Source of the DNA: Candidatus Velamenicoccus archaeovorus | GTDB taxonomy: Bacteria > Omnitrophota > Gorgyraeia > Velamenicoccales > Velamenicoccaceae | Reading direction: 5' to 3' | DNA: 32,000 bases | NCBI RefSeq assembly: GCF_004102945.1 | Contig: NZ_CP019384.1 | Coordinates: 1,680,001-1,712,000, forward strand | Part shown: piece by piece, positions 1 to 6,743 of the stretch | Numbering within the stretch: the first letter of the stretch is position 1 | Layout: every line of letters begins with the position of its first letter | The notes under the pieces: generated by a model | What the model was told of the DNA's origin: nothing | The model's input: only the letters and a program-made list of their open reading frames with translations | Database searches by the model: none | Position numbers and translations under genes: made by a program

Positions 1-1059
1 CAACTCCCAGATCCACTCCTCGGCGGCAGCGGCCACCTGCTGGAACCTCTTTTCCGCCTTATTGCGCTCGATGATTTCCCTGACCAAATCCTCTTTCTGC
101 CTGAAAAATCTGGATATCAACCGCGATATGTCCCCGAACTCACTGGTGTCTTTTTCCAAAGGGCGAAGGTAAACGGCGTTCTCTTTTTTCAATGCCTGGG
201 AAATAAACCCAAAAGGCCTGCTGAGCATCATCATCATGAATGCCGTGATGACGACGATAATAATAACGAGGAAATAAATAAACGTCGCTGTGACATTCCG
301 GGAGAATCGTTTGTAAATGTCCAGTTCCGCGGAATGGATACTGACATAAAGATATGCCGCCGGCCCTCCCCGCCAATCGAGAAGCTCCTTTGAAAAAATA
401 ATCATATTGGTATCCAAAAGGGTCTTGGAATCAGGGATCGCCGGTTTCATCCGGTCGATAACGATCTCGCCGCCGATCAGCTCCGAGAGATCGTCGAGAA
501 AACCCTGGTTCCAGAGGCGGCCGGCAAAAAAATACCCCTGGGGAGGCGTCTGTCTTTCCGGGTCTGCTGTCGGATGAATGGTGGCGCCCCGGATTTCCAT
601 CAGGCCTGCGCCTGTATACACAAAAAAATGACACAGCCGCTTTTTTGAAAAAATGTCCTTAATGATCTCGACGGAAAAAGGAAGGTCCTTGAGGCCGGAG
701 GCGTTTTCGCTCTGAATGGAATACGCCCGAGAAAGATCCGGGCGATACACCCATATCGCGTCCGCCTGATATGTCCCCAGGGCGGTTTCATCCATATTCT
801 GCCTGGCCCATGCCATGTCCTTGTTGCCGCGGACAAAACCCACCATGTCATCCCAATAGGTATAATCGACGGACAAACTTTTCAGGTTGGCGCCCTTGAG
901 AATGATCAGCTTGTTGAAATAAATCTTCTTTTCTTCGCTGCTCTGCTGAAACAGAAGATAAACGCGTTCATTTTCAAAGGTCTGGTGCAGATGCCTTGCG
1001 GCGAGCAGTATGACGGCGAGAAACAACAACAGCGAGGTTAATTTTGTCTGGACTCTCAT
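1..1059 (-). CDS. Sensor protein, N-terminal part (TM, periplasmic CHASE4-like domain, TM, HAMP-like linker, start of PAS). The 3' end runs off the window.
   Basis: Absent from the ORF track because it has no stop codon inside the window. Hand translation gives ATG at 1059 (AAGGGGA about 10 nt upstream) and 353 sense codons down to position 1; I checked every plus-strand triplet for tta/cta/tca and found none in frame. Sequence landmarks: MRVQTKLTSLLLFLAVILLAA (TM1); SVDYTYWDDMVGFVRGNKDMAWARQNM (the DYxYWDD block I associate with CHASE4); TATFIYFLVIIIVVITAFMMMML (TM2); RPFGFISQALKKE...GDISRLISRF (HAMP-like); EIIERNKAEKRFQQVAAAAEEWIWEL (PAS N-cap-like). Confidence 0.7.
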   Translation of the reverse strand, partial: MRVQTKLTSLLLFLAVILLAARHLHQTFENERVYLLFQQSSEEKKIYFNKLIILKGANLKSLSVDYTYWDDMVGFVRGNKDMAWARQNMDETALGTYQADAIWVYRPDLSRAYSIQSENASGLKDLPFSVEIIKDIFSKKRLCHFFVYTGAGLMEIRGATIHPTADPERQTPPQGYFFAGRLWNQGFLDDLSELIGGEIVIDRMKPAIPDSKTLLDTNMIIFSKELLDWRGGPAAYLYVSIHSAELDIYKRFSRNVTATFIYFLVIIIVVITAFMMMMLSRPFGFISQALKKENAVYLRPLEKDTSEFGDISRLISRFFRQKEDLVREIIERNKAEKRFQQVAAAAEEWIWEL

Positions 1060-1114
1060 GGTCTCATGTCCCCTTGATGATCTCTATCGCCCCTGTGCGT
1101 CTCATGCATCCTAT

Positions 1115-2647
1115 CTAATAGCTGAATGTCACGCTGGCCTCGATCTGATAAGCGCCGTCGGCCTCGCCGTCGCCCCGCAAAAAAGGAGAAAAAAGGCTGC
1201 CGTCGGTATCATCCCGCTCCTCTTTGTAATACTCGCCCGGAAAAAAATAGCCGCAGAACAGACTTAGCGCCACATGCTTGTTCAATTCATAGTTGAAATA
1301 CATGTCCAGCTCGTTACCCAGGTCAGTCGCAAGCGTCTTGGTTTCGCCCGCCCAGGTGCCCACACCTCTTTCGGCAGACCTCAAATACCACCAGTCAAAC
1401 GTCATAGAAAGCTTTTCCGTTATCTGAAAATCAAGGCCCAGACAGACAAGGATGAGGTTTTCGAACAAATAAGGGTCTGAAAAGGTGGTCGGACGACCGA
1501 CGCCGTAATTCAACCCGTTGCCGCCGCCCATAGCCACCAAAGGCATGCTTTCCGGACCGATGGGATAAATGGAATCCGCCAGGTTGGTGTTCAGGGGAGA
1601 ATAAACGCTGAAGGCGCGGTTTTTGCCGCTGGTGAACGTGTCGTCGCCCACCTGGTCCACGGGCACCTTGTTGCCGGAGGCGTAGGCGAATCTCGAATGG
1701 GGGACGATCCGATCGAATCTGTAAGCGGCATCCGCATAGACCAGGTAACCGCAATGTTCGACATCTTTACGGGCCGGGTCCGTAGACTTGGCCTCGCCGA
1801 AATTCCTGGCCGCCTCTATCCCTAGAGAAAACTTGTCCAACGTCGCATTCCAGGAAAGACCGCAGGTGCCCAGGATGTCCTCATGCGTAGACGTAGAAAA
1901 AAGATTCGTGCGTTTGGCTCCGGAATAATCCGACAGAACCTCCAGATAGGGCTGGAGGGAATAGTTTTTGAAGGTGAAAAGCGCGTCGGCGGCGAAGAAA
2001 TTGGCCTTGTTCGGCGTGTAATGAATCCCCTGTTCCCTTTCCTGGTCGATGCGCGGCCCGCGGTAGCTCTTGTTCGCCAGGTCGGGACGGCAATAATAAA
2101 GGGTCCACTTCAAATTCTCTTTTTCGCCGTATAAACTCACCGAATAATTCTCGTAGTCGGAAGGCACGGCGAGATTGTTACCGGCCTCATAGACAAAGAG
2201 GCCGCTTTTCAATCTGGAGGGCAGGCTATAGAGGCCGAAATCATACCAGAACTCCTCGAGGTGAGGCAGGAGTTCTGCGTCGCGGTATCTTTCCACCTTC
2301 GCCGTGGACGTCATGAGCGTATTGTGGATGAACACGGGCGCATCGTAGTCATACGGCCCGTTCCTCTCCAGCTTCAGATGCGCCTGGGGGCCGTCGTCTT
2401 TGAATGTGAGGTCAAAACCCAGACTGTAATCGATGCCGAGATACGCCGAGGAATCATCCTTGTTCTTGTTATCCAGGTCAACCGTGTTCTTTAAAACAAC
2501 AGCGTCAGTCCTGAAATAAGGAGTGACGCTGAAAAGGAAATTCTCGTTCTTGACGATCTCAATCTCTGCCGAGACAGCGCCGACAAAGCCAAAAAAACAA
2601 ACGACAACGAGCGGACCGCTCCGAGATATTTTCTGTTTTTTCCGCAT
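1115..2647 (-). CDS. Outer-membrane beta-barrel protein (porin-like, possibly alginate-export-type family)
   Basis: 510-aa ORF with a signal peptide (VVVCFFGFVGAVSA/EIE). Alternating amphipathic strands rich in Y/F/G/D/N run throughout, and the C-terminus is aromatic (ASVTFSY), as is typical of BAM substrates. The family assignment is only a guess from composition and length. Confidence 0.5.
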   Translation of the reverse strand: MRKKQKISRSGPLVVVCFFGFVGAVSAEIEIVKNENFLFSVTPYFRTDAVVLKNTVDLDNKNKDDSSAYLGIDYSLGFDLTFKDDGPQAHLKLERNGPYDYDAPVFIHNTLMTSTAKVERYRDAELLPHLEEFWYDFGLYSLPSRLKSGLFVYEAGNNLAVPSDYENYSVSLYGEKENLKWTLYYCRPDLANKSYRGPRIDQEREQGIHYTPNKANFFAADALFTFKNYSLQPYLEVLSDYSGAKRTNLFSTSTHEDILGTCGLSWNATLDKFSLGIEAARNFGEAKSTDPARKDVEHCGYLVYADAAYRFDRIVPHSRFAYASGNKVPVDQVGDDTFTSGKNRAFSVYSPLNTNLADSIYPIGPESMPLVAMGGGNGLNYGVGRPTTFSDPYLFENLILVCLGLDFQITEKLSMTFDWWYLRSAERGVGTWAGETKTLATDLGNELDMYFNYELNKHVALSLFCGYFFPGEYYKEERDDTDGSLFSPFLRGDGEADGAYQIEASVTFSY

Positions 2648-2738
2648 TGATCACCCTGAAAGCTCAAGGCCGGATTTGTCCACTGCACACAGCTAACCTA
2701 TTATATCTCGCCGCCAATGAAAAAATGTAAAAGATTTC

Positions 2739-4901
2739 CTAGGGGCGGCACGTATCGAGTTTTTGCCACAGGAGATCAGGAACAGGATAGCTGAGGCTGC
2801 GGGCCTTGCGGCAATGCGCTTCGGCCCGGCGGCAATCCCCGTTGAGGTAATAAGCAAAACAAATATTATTATGGACCAACCCTGAGCTCGGCGCGAGCGA
2901 AAGGGCCCGCTGGAAAACCGGGATCGCTTCCTGCGGCCGCCCCAGCGCGCAAAGAACGGAGCCGAGATTGGAGAGCGCGCCGATGTCCTCCGGCATCTTC
3001 TTGACGGCCTGACGGGCATAAGGCCATGCGGCCGCATACTCCTCTTTGGCCATCATCGCAGTCACCAGACCGTTATAAGCCGCGACATCCTGGGGCCCGG
3101 AAGCGACTGCCCGTTTGTAATGGGCGATCGCTTCGTCAAGTTTGCCCTGCTTGTAGAAAATCGCGGCCAGGGCCTCATGGGCCAGGCCGAAATCGGGATT
3201 CTCCTGCAAGGATCGGCGCAGGAAATCTTCGGCTTCGGGCAAGGCATTGCGGTTAACAGCCACAAGCGCAAGATTGTAGTATGCTTCGACGCGCGCCTCG
3301 GGATCCCTGGCGATGGATTCCCTGAGAAGCTCCTCGGCGCGGGCGGCATCGCCCAGCGAGGCATAGGCCACCGCCAGATTGATCTGATATCTATACCTCT
3401 TGTCCGGGTCTGCCTTGATGGCGGCCTCTGACACCTCGATGGCCTTGCGATATTGTCCTTCTGAAAGATAATAAAGGATGGCTAGGTTGGCGTTATAAAG
3501 CTGATAATATCCTTTATATAACGTATAGCGCTCGTCGATAATGCGCGACATCTCCGTGGAATCCATGAGCGCTTTTCTATATGACCCTTCATTGATGAAA
3601 GCCAGGCCCCGGTTATTGTAGGCGATGACCACCTGGGGATATTTTTTGAGGATGTCCGTCCAGAAGGTCACGCTTGTCTCCCAGACCCTGCAGCGCCTGT
3701 ATGTCGTCGTGGCGCAAAACAAGGCCACGGCCGCAAGCAAAACGACCAAAAAAACCCTTATTCCCGTCACTCGGCCGCCGATCTTGTCCCAAAGCCGGAA
3801 AAATCCCTCAGCCAGGATAAAGAAAATACCGATGGACGCCACATAGACAAACCGATCGGCCACTTTCGTATCCCCCATCGGAAGAAATTGCAGCAAAGGC
3901 AAAAGAGAAACGACAAAAAAGAGGCAGCCGAACACAACGGCGCGGCTGCGGCGGACCGCCAGGACGAAAACGGAAAAAAACGCCAAGGGCCAAAGATAAC
4001 TGCTGAGCCGATAGGCGGTCGCATAGAACACATCTGCCGGATAGTAGGCGGACAATCCCGCGGGCCAAAAGATCCGTCCCAGATAGAACGCAAGCGTGAA
4101 CAAAGGACCGTTGTGGAATCTCTCGGCGGCCGCCAGGCCGACGATATCGTGGCTGCCGCCATAAACGGAATAGAGCGCGACGAGGGCGAAAAACGCCGAC
4201 AGGACGAAAAAGGGAATCTTTTCAAGGAACATGTGGAGATCCGGCCGGCGGCGCAGGAAATAATCAAAACAAAAAAGAATGACCGGCAGGGTCACCGCCA
4301 TGGATTTGGACAATAACGAAAGAACGAAAAGCGCAAGGGTGAGCCAGAGATAACGGGACCGAAGCCCCCGCTGCAGATAATACACGTAACTGACAAGGGC
4401 CCCCAAATAGAAAAACGCATAGAGGACGTCCTTGCGCTCCGCCACCCACGCGACGCTCTCGGCGCGCAGGGGATGGATGCTGAACAAAAGCGCCACAAAA
4501 AACGCGAACGCGGCCCGGCCGCGCAGCAAGCGTACCAGCCAAAAGACCAAAAGGCCGTTCAAAAGATGCAAAAGCAAATTCGTCAAATGATAGCCGAAAG
4601 GCTCCAAATGCCCTATCTGGTAATTGACCAGGAAACTCAAAAGCGTCAACGGCTGGTAATTGCTGACATAATAAGACGTAAAGATCTTGTGCAGATTGGC
4701 CCCCGTCAAGGCCTTGATGGAAGAGTTATCCAGGACATAGACCTGGTCATCCCAGTTGATGAAACCGTTACGCAATGACGGCAGAAAAACCAAAAGGACA
4801 ATAACGGCAAGCAGGCAGGCAAGGATGAGCCTGGAATGTTCGGCATACCTGTCCAAAAAGGTCCTGCGGATGTCTTGTACGGATAACCTCGGCATGGACA
4901 T
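2739..4901 (-). CDS. Polytopic GT-C-type glycosyltransferase-like protein with C-terminal TPR repeats (TMTC/DUF1736-like architecture)
   Basis: The N-terminal ~430 aa has 10 or more hydrophobic segments and the block FINWDDQVYVLDN...YQPLTLLSF...GYHLTNLLLHLLNG, which I associate with TMTC-like GT-C proteins. The C-terminal ~300 aa is TPR (for example AYYNLALVAVNRNALPEAEDFLRRSLQENPDF). The track ORF extends to 4985, but codons 1-28 overlap a terminator hairpin (4972-5008), so I place the start at ATG 4901 (or 4895, MSMPRLSV). Confidence 0.65.
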   Translation of the reverse strand: MSMPRLSVQDIRRTFLDRYAEHSRLILACLLAVIVLLVFLPSLRNGFINWDDQVYVLDNSSIKALTGANLHKIFTSYYVSNYQPLTLLSFLVNYQIGHLEPFGYHLTNLLLHLLNGLLVFWLVRLLRGRAAFAFFVALLFSIHPLRAESVAWVAERKDVLYAFFYLGALVSYVYYLQRGLRSRYLWLTLALFVLSLLSKSMAVTLPVILFCFDYFLRRRPDLHMFLEKIPFFVLSAFFALVALYSVYGGSHDIVGLAAAERFHNGPLFTLAFYLGRIFWPAGLSAYYPADVFYATAYRLSSYLWPLAFFSVFVLAVRRSRAVVFGCLFFVVSLLPLLQFLPMGDTKVADRFVYVASIGIFFILAEGFFRLWDKIGGRVTGIRVFLVVLLAAVALFCATTTYRRCRVWETSVTFWTDILKKYPQVVIAYNNRGLAFINEGSYRKALMDSTEMSRIIDERYTLYKGYYQLYNANLAILYYLSEGQYRKAIEVSEAAIKADPDKRYRYQINLAVAYASLGDAARAEELLRESIARDPEARVEAYYNLALVAVNRNALPEAEDFLRRSLQENPDFGLAHEALAAIFYKQGKLDEAIAHYKRAVASGPQDVAAYNGLVTAMMAKEEYAAAWPYARQAVKKMPEDIGALSNLGSVLCALGRPQEAIPVFQRALSLAPSSGLVHNNICFAYYLNGDCRRAEAHCRKARSLSYPVPDLLWQKLDTCRP

Positions 4902-4971
4902 TGTCGTCGGAAAATGTTTCCAAAAAAGGGCGTCCTTCAGGCGCCCATTATAACAAAACCGGCAGGGTGTG

Positions 4972-5008
4972 GAAAGAAAAAACACCTCTCCTGGATCCAG
5001 GAGAGGTG
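4972..5008 (-). terminator. Rho-independent terminator after the OmpA-like gene
   Basis: Perfect 26-nt palindrome CACCTCTCCTGGATCCAGGAGAGGTG (4983-5008; 11-bp stem, GATC loop). On the minus strand it is followed by TTTTTTCTTTC (plus-strand A-run 4972-4982). It starts 28 nt after the stop at 5036. Confidence 0.8.
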
Positions 5009-5035
5009 TTTTCCTGCGATACCCATCAGAACAAA

Positions 5036-5665
5036 CTACTCTTCGGCCTTGACCTTCTCGACATGCGAAGGCAGGATGACGATTTCGACACGGCGGTTCT
5101 CCTGTTTACCTTCTTTCGTGTCATTGGATGCCACGGGCTGGTACTCTCCATAAGCCACAGCCGAGAGGCGTTCCGGCTTGACAGCCCCTTCATCCACAAA
5201 ATAATGCAAGACGGCCAAAGCGCGGGCGCTGGACAATTCCCAATTGGATTTCCAGCCGGAATACTTGATGGGATCTGAATCCGTGTGGCCTTCGATGGCC
5301 ACCCTTGAATCCGGAACATCTTTATTGATGACTTGGGCCACCTTCTCCAGCGAGACCTTGCCTTGGGGCCGCAGCGTATCCTTGCCTGAATCAAAAAAGA
5401 CCTCGGCAAGGAACGTGATCACCAACCCCCTCTCGGTCATCTCAAGCTTGGCCTTGTAATTCGCCAGTTCATCTTTGAGGTTAGCGGTCAGATCTTTCAG
5501 CGCCCTCTGCAAGTCCGCGTCCTTCTGTTCCTCCAGCGTCGCAACCTGTTCTCTGAGGCGCTCATTCTCCCTCTCTAAGGCCCGTTTTTTCGATAAGGTC
5601 GTGCAACCTGTCAACGTCAAAGCAAGAACGGAAATAATAACGCTCCTGAAAATAATTTTTGCCAT
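5036..5665 (-). CDS. OmpA/MotB-family peptidoglycan-binding lipoprotein with a coiled-coil linker
   Basis: Lipobox LTLTGC, a heptad-like segment (LERENERLREQVATLEEQK), and a C-terminal OmpA-like domain (IEGHTDSDPI...NWELSSARALAV...NRRVEIVILP). The track start 5710 overlaps the upstream gene. ATG 5665 (MAKIIFRS) has GAAAGGGG 6-8 nt upstream and leaves a 17-nt gap after the upstream stop. Confidence 0.8.
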   Translation of the reverse strand: MAKIIFRSVIISVLALTLTGCTTLSKKRALERENERLREQVATLEEQKDADLQRALKDLTANLKDELANYKAKLEMTERGLVITFLAEVFFDSGKDTLRPQGKVSLEKVAQVINKDVPDSRVAIEGHTDSDPIKYSGWKSNWELSSARALAVLHYFVDEGAVKPERLSAVAYGEYQPVASNDTKEGKQENRRVEIVILPSHVEKVKAEE

Positions 5666-5684
5666 GGACAAAGCCCCTTTCTTG

Positions 5685-5963
5685 TCAGCCGATCTTGTGG
5701 ATGGCTTCAAAACGCTTTCTTAATGCCTGCATATCCACCCGGCCGGCAAGCTCCACCTGATCGTTGATCAAAATAACAGGGGTCATCCCCGGGTTTACGC
5801 CCAAATCCGCCAATCCCGTCAATTCCTTCGTATGCACAAAGGTGAAAACGATGGTGATCTTGTTGGCAATGCCGATCGATCTGATGATATCCCTGATCTT
5901 GTTCTCCAGACCGTCGCACTTTGGGCACGGCTTGCAGACGATCTCTACCTTTTTGATGGCCAT
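5685..5963 (-). CDS. Small thioredoxin-fold protein (glutaredoxin-like, MTH895/TM0996-type) with a CPKC motif
   Basis: 92 aa, MAIKKVEIVCKPCPKCDGLENKIRD..., with a CxxC at the expected N-terminal position and the expected length and pattern for this family. A strong SD, AAGGAGG, lies 6 nt upstream of the ATG. Confidence 0.7.
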   Translation of the reverse strand: MAIKKVEIVCKPCPKCDGLENKIRDIIRSIGIANKITIVFTFVHTKELTGLADLGVNPGMTPVILINDQVELAGRVDMQALRKRFEAIHKIG

Positions 5964-5997
5964 ACCTGACCTCCTTAATTCCGCCCCTGGCGGAATT

Positions 5998-6095
5998 AAC
6001 TCCGAGCGTATCTTGAAAATTTATGGCTGCCCGTCCGAGCTCTGCGAGGACTGGTCGCAGACATAAATTGTCAAGATGGTTACGCGAGGAGTAAC
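5998..6095. repeat. Long-hairpin module LH1
   Basis: AACTCCGAG-CGTATCTTGAAAATTTATGGCTGC...GCAGACATAAATTGTCAAGATGGTTACG-CGAGGAGTAAC. About 28 bp can pair, interrupted by a GA/AG tandem mismatch and a 3-4 nt bulge. Confidence 0.8.
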
Positions 6096-6289
6096 GTTTT
6101 TTCCTTTAACCTTCCGCCCCTGGCGGAATTAGACCCTTCGCTTATTTGGTATTGCGAAGGTCTACCCCCTTGTGGGGTTAACTCCTCCACCCGGCCCCAT
6201 CGGATGGCCGCACCTTGCCTCATTCGGACGGCAAGTGCGCCACCTTCTGTGGCGGTGTGCCGCTTTCTGCTTGCCTGCTATGGCAGGCA

Positions 6290-6425
6290 AAGCGTATCTT
6301 GAGAATTTATGGCTGCACCTGGCCCCATCCGTAGGGCCAGTGTTCCGCTTTCTGCGGAACCCGTCCGAGCTCTGCGAAGGCAGGGTGCAGAGAAACATTT
6401 TCAAGATGCTTACGCAAGGGGTGAC
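6290..6425. repeat. Long-hairpin module LH2 (equals LH1 plus a 44-nt two-hairpin insertion at 6317-6360)
   Basis: GCGTATCTTGAGAATTTATGGCTGC [insert] CCGTCCGAGCTCTGCGA...GCAGAGAAACATTTTCAAGATGCTTACGC AAGGGGTGAC is collinear with LH1 apart from the insertion and a few substitutions. Confidence 0.8.
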
Positions 6426-6608
6426 GTTTATTTCCTTAATTTTGCCTATACCGAGGCGCTTCTTCCTCGCAAAATTAGACCCTCCGCTATGTGGATTACC
6501 TGGCTCAATCGGATGAGCCAGTATGCCGTCCAGCAGGACGCACCCGCTTATCCTATTAAAGCGGGGTGCCGCTTTCTGCGGTATGCGGAGGCCTACCCTT
6601 TCTGGGTT

Positions 6609-6720
6609 AACTCCGAGCCTGCGAGAGAAATTTTACACCGGATGGCCGTCCTGGCCGGCTGCGCCAGGCCGACGGCCTAGCCCTGGTGGAAAATTTCCGA
6701 GCGCCCAGGCGAGGAGTAAC
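6609..6720. repeat. Long-hairpin module LH3 (apex is the 40-nt block also present at 15694-15733)
   Basis: AACTCCGAGCCTGCGAGAGAAATTTTACA-CCGGATGGCCGTCCTGGCCGGCTGCGCCAGGCCGACGGCC-TAGCCCTGGTGGAAAATTTCCGAGCGCCCAGGCGAGGAGTAAC. Confidence 0.8.
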
Positions 6721-6743
6721 ACTTATTCCTTAACTCCTCCGCC

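Larger units (their letters stand above)
5964..6743. repeat. 780-bp ORF-free island made of about 20 tandem or nested hairpin modules (mosaic intergenic repeat array)
   Basis: Hand-folded stems: 5975-5999, 6112-6128, 6131-6163, 6164-6178, 6192-6210, 6211-6238, 6238-6254, 6271-6290, 6319-6340, 6342-6360, 6437-6477, 6500-6521, 6527-6540, 6541-6568, 6569-6581, 6594-6608. In addition there are three long hairpins (5998-6095, 6290-6425, 6609-6720) and a closing helix pairing 6481-6487 with 6585-6591. The sequence blocks recur at three other loci in the window. Confidence 0.85.

Noticed and set aside
4922-4955. Extended -10-like TGTTATAAT (minus strand; TATAAT at 4952..4947) as the promoter of the TMTC-like gene, followed by GGGCG...CGCCC-TTTTTT
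   Set aside because: The -10 is attractive but the -35 is poor (TTTCCA), and the predicted TSS would fall inside a hairpin-plus-U-run that looks like a second, weak terminator. I cannot decide between a promoter and a tandem terminator, so I did not list it as a feature.
4902-4985. N-terminal 28 codons of the 748-aa track ORF (MFFLSTPCRFCYNGRL...)
   Set aside because: These codons are encoded by the terminator palindrome/T-run (4972-5008) and a second small hairpin. The sequence is not protein-like, and a start at 4901 or 4895 is more plausible.
5970-5976. CCTCCTT on the plus strand resembling the 3' end of 16S rRNA
   Set aside because: It is simply the reverse complement of the AAGGAGG Shine-Dalgarno of the minus-strand thioredoxin-fold gene, and no rRNA sequence surrounds it.
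6481-6591. tRNA or tRNA-like gene suggested by the cloverleaf-like four-hairpin junction
   Set aside because: The region is about 110 nt with four inner arms of the wrong sizes. It has no GTTCRANYC T-loop, no 7-nt anticodon loop with U33, and no discriminator/CCA context.
5964-6743. CRISPR array
   Set aside because: The repeats are not identical direct repeats at a regular period. The units are inverted-repeat hairpins of many different sequences and sizes, and there is no leader or cas gene in the window.
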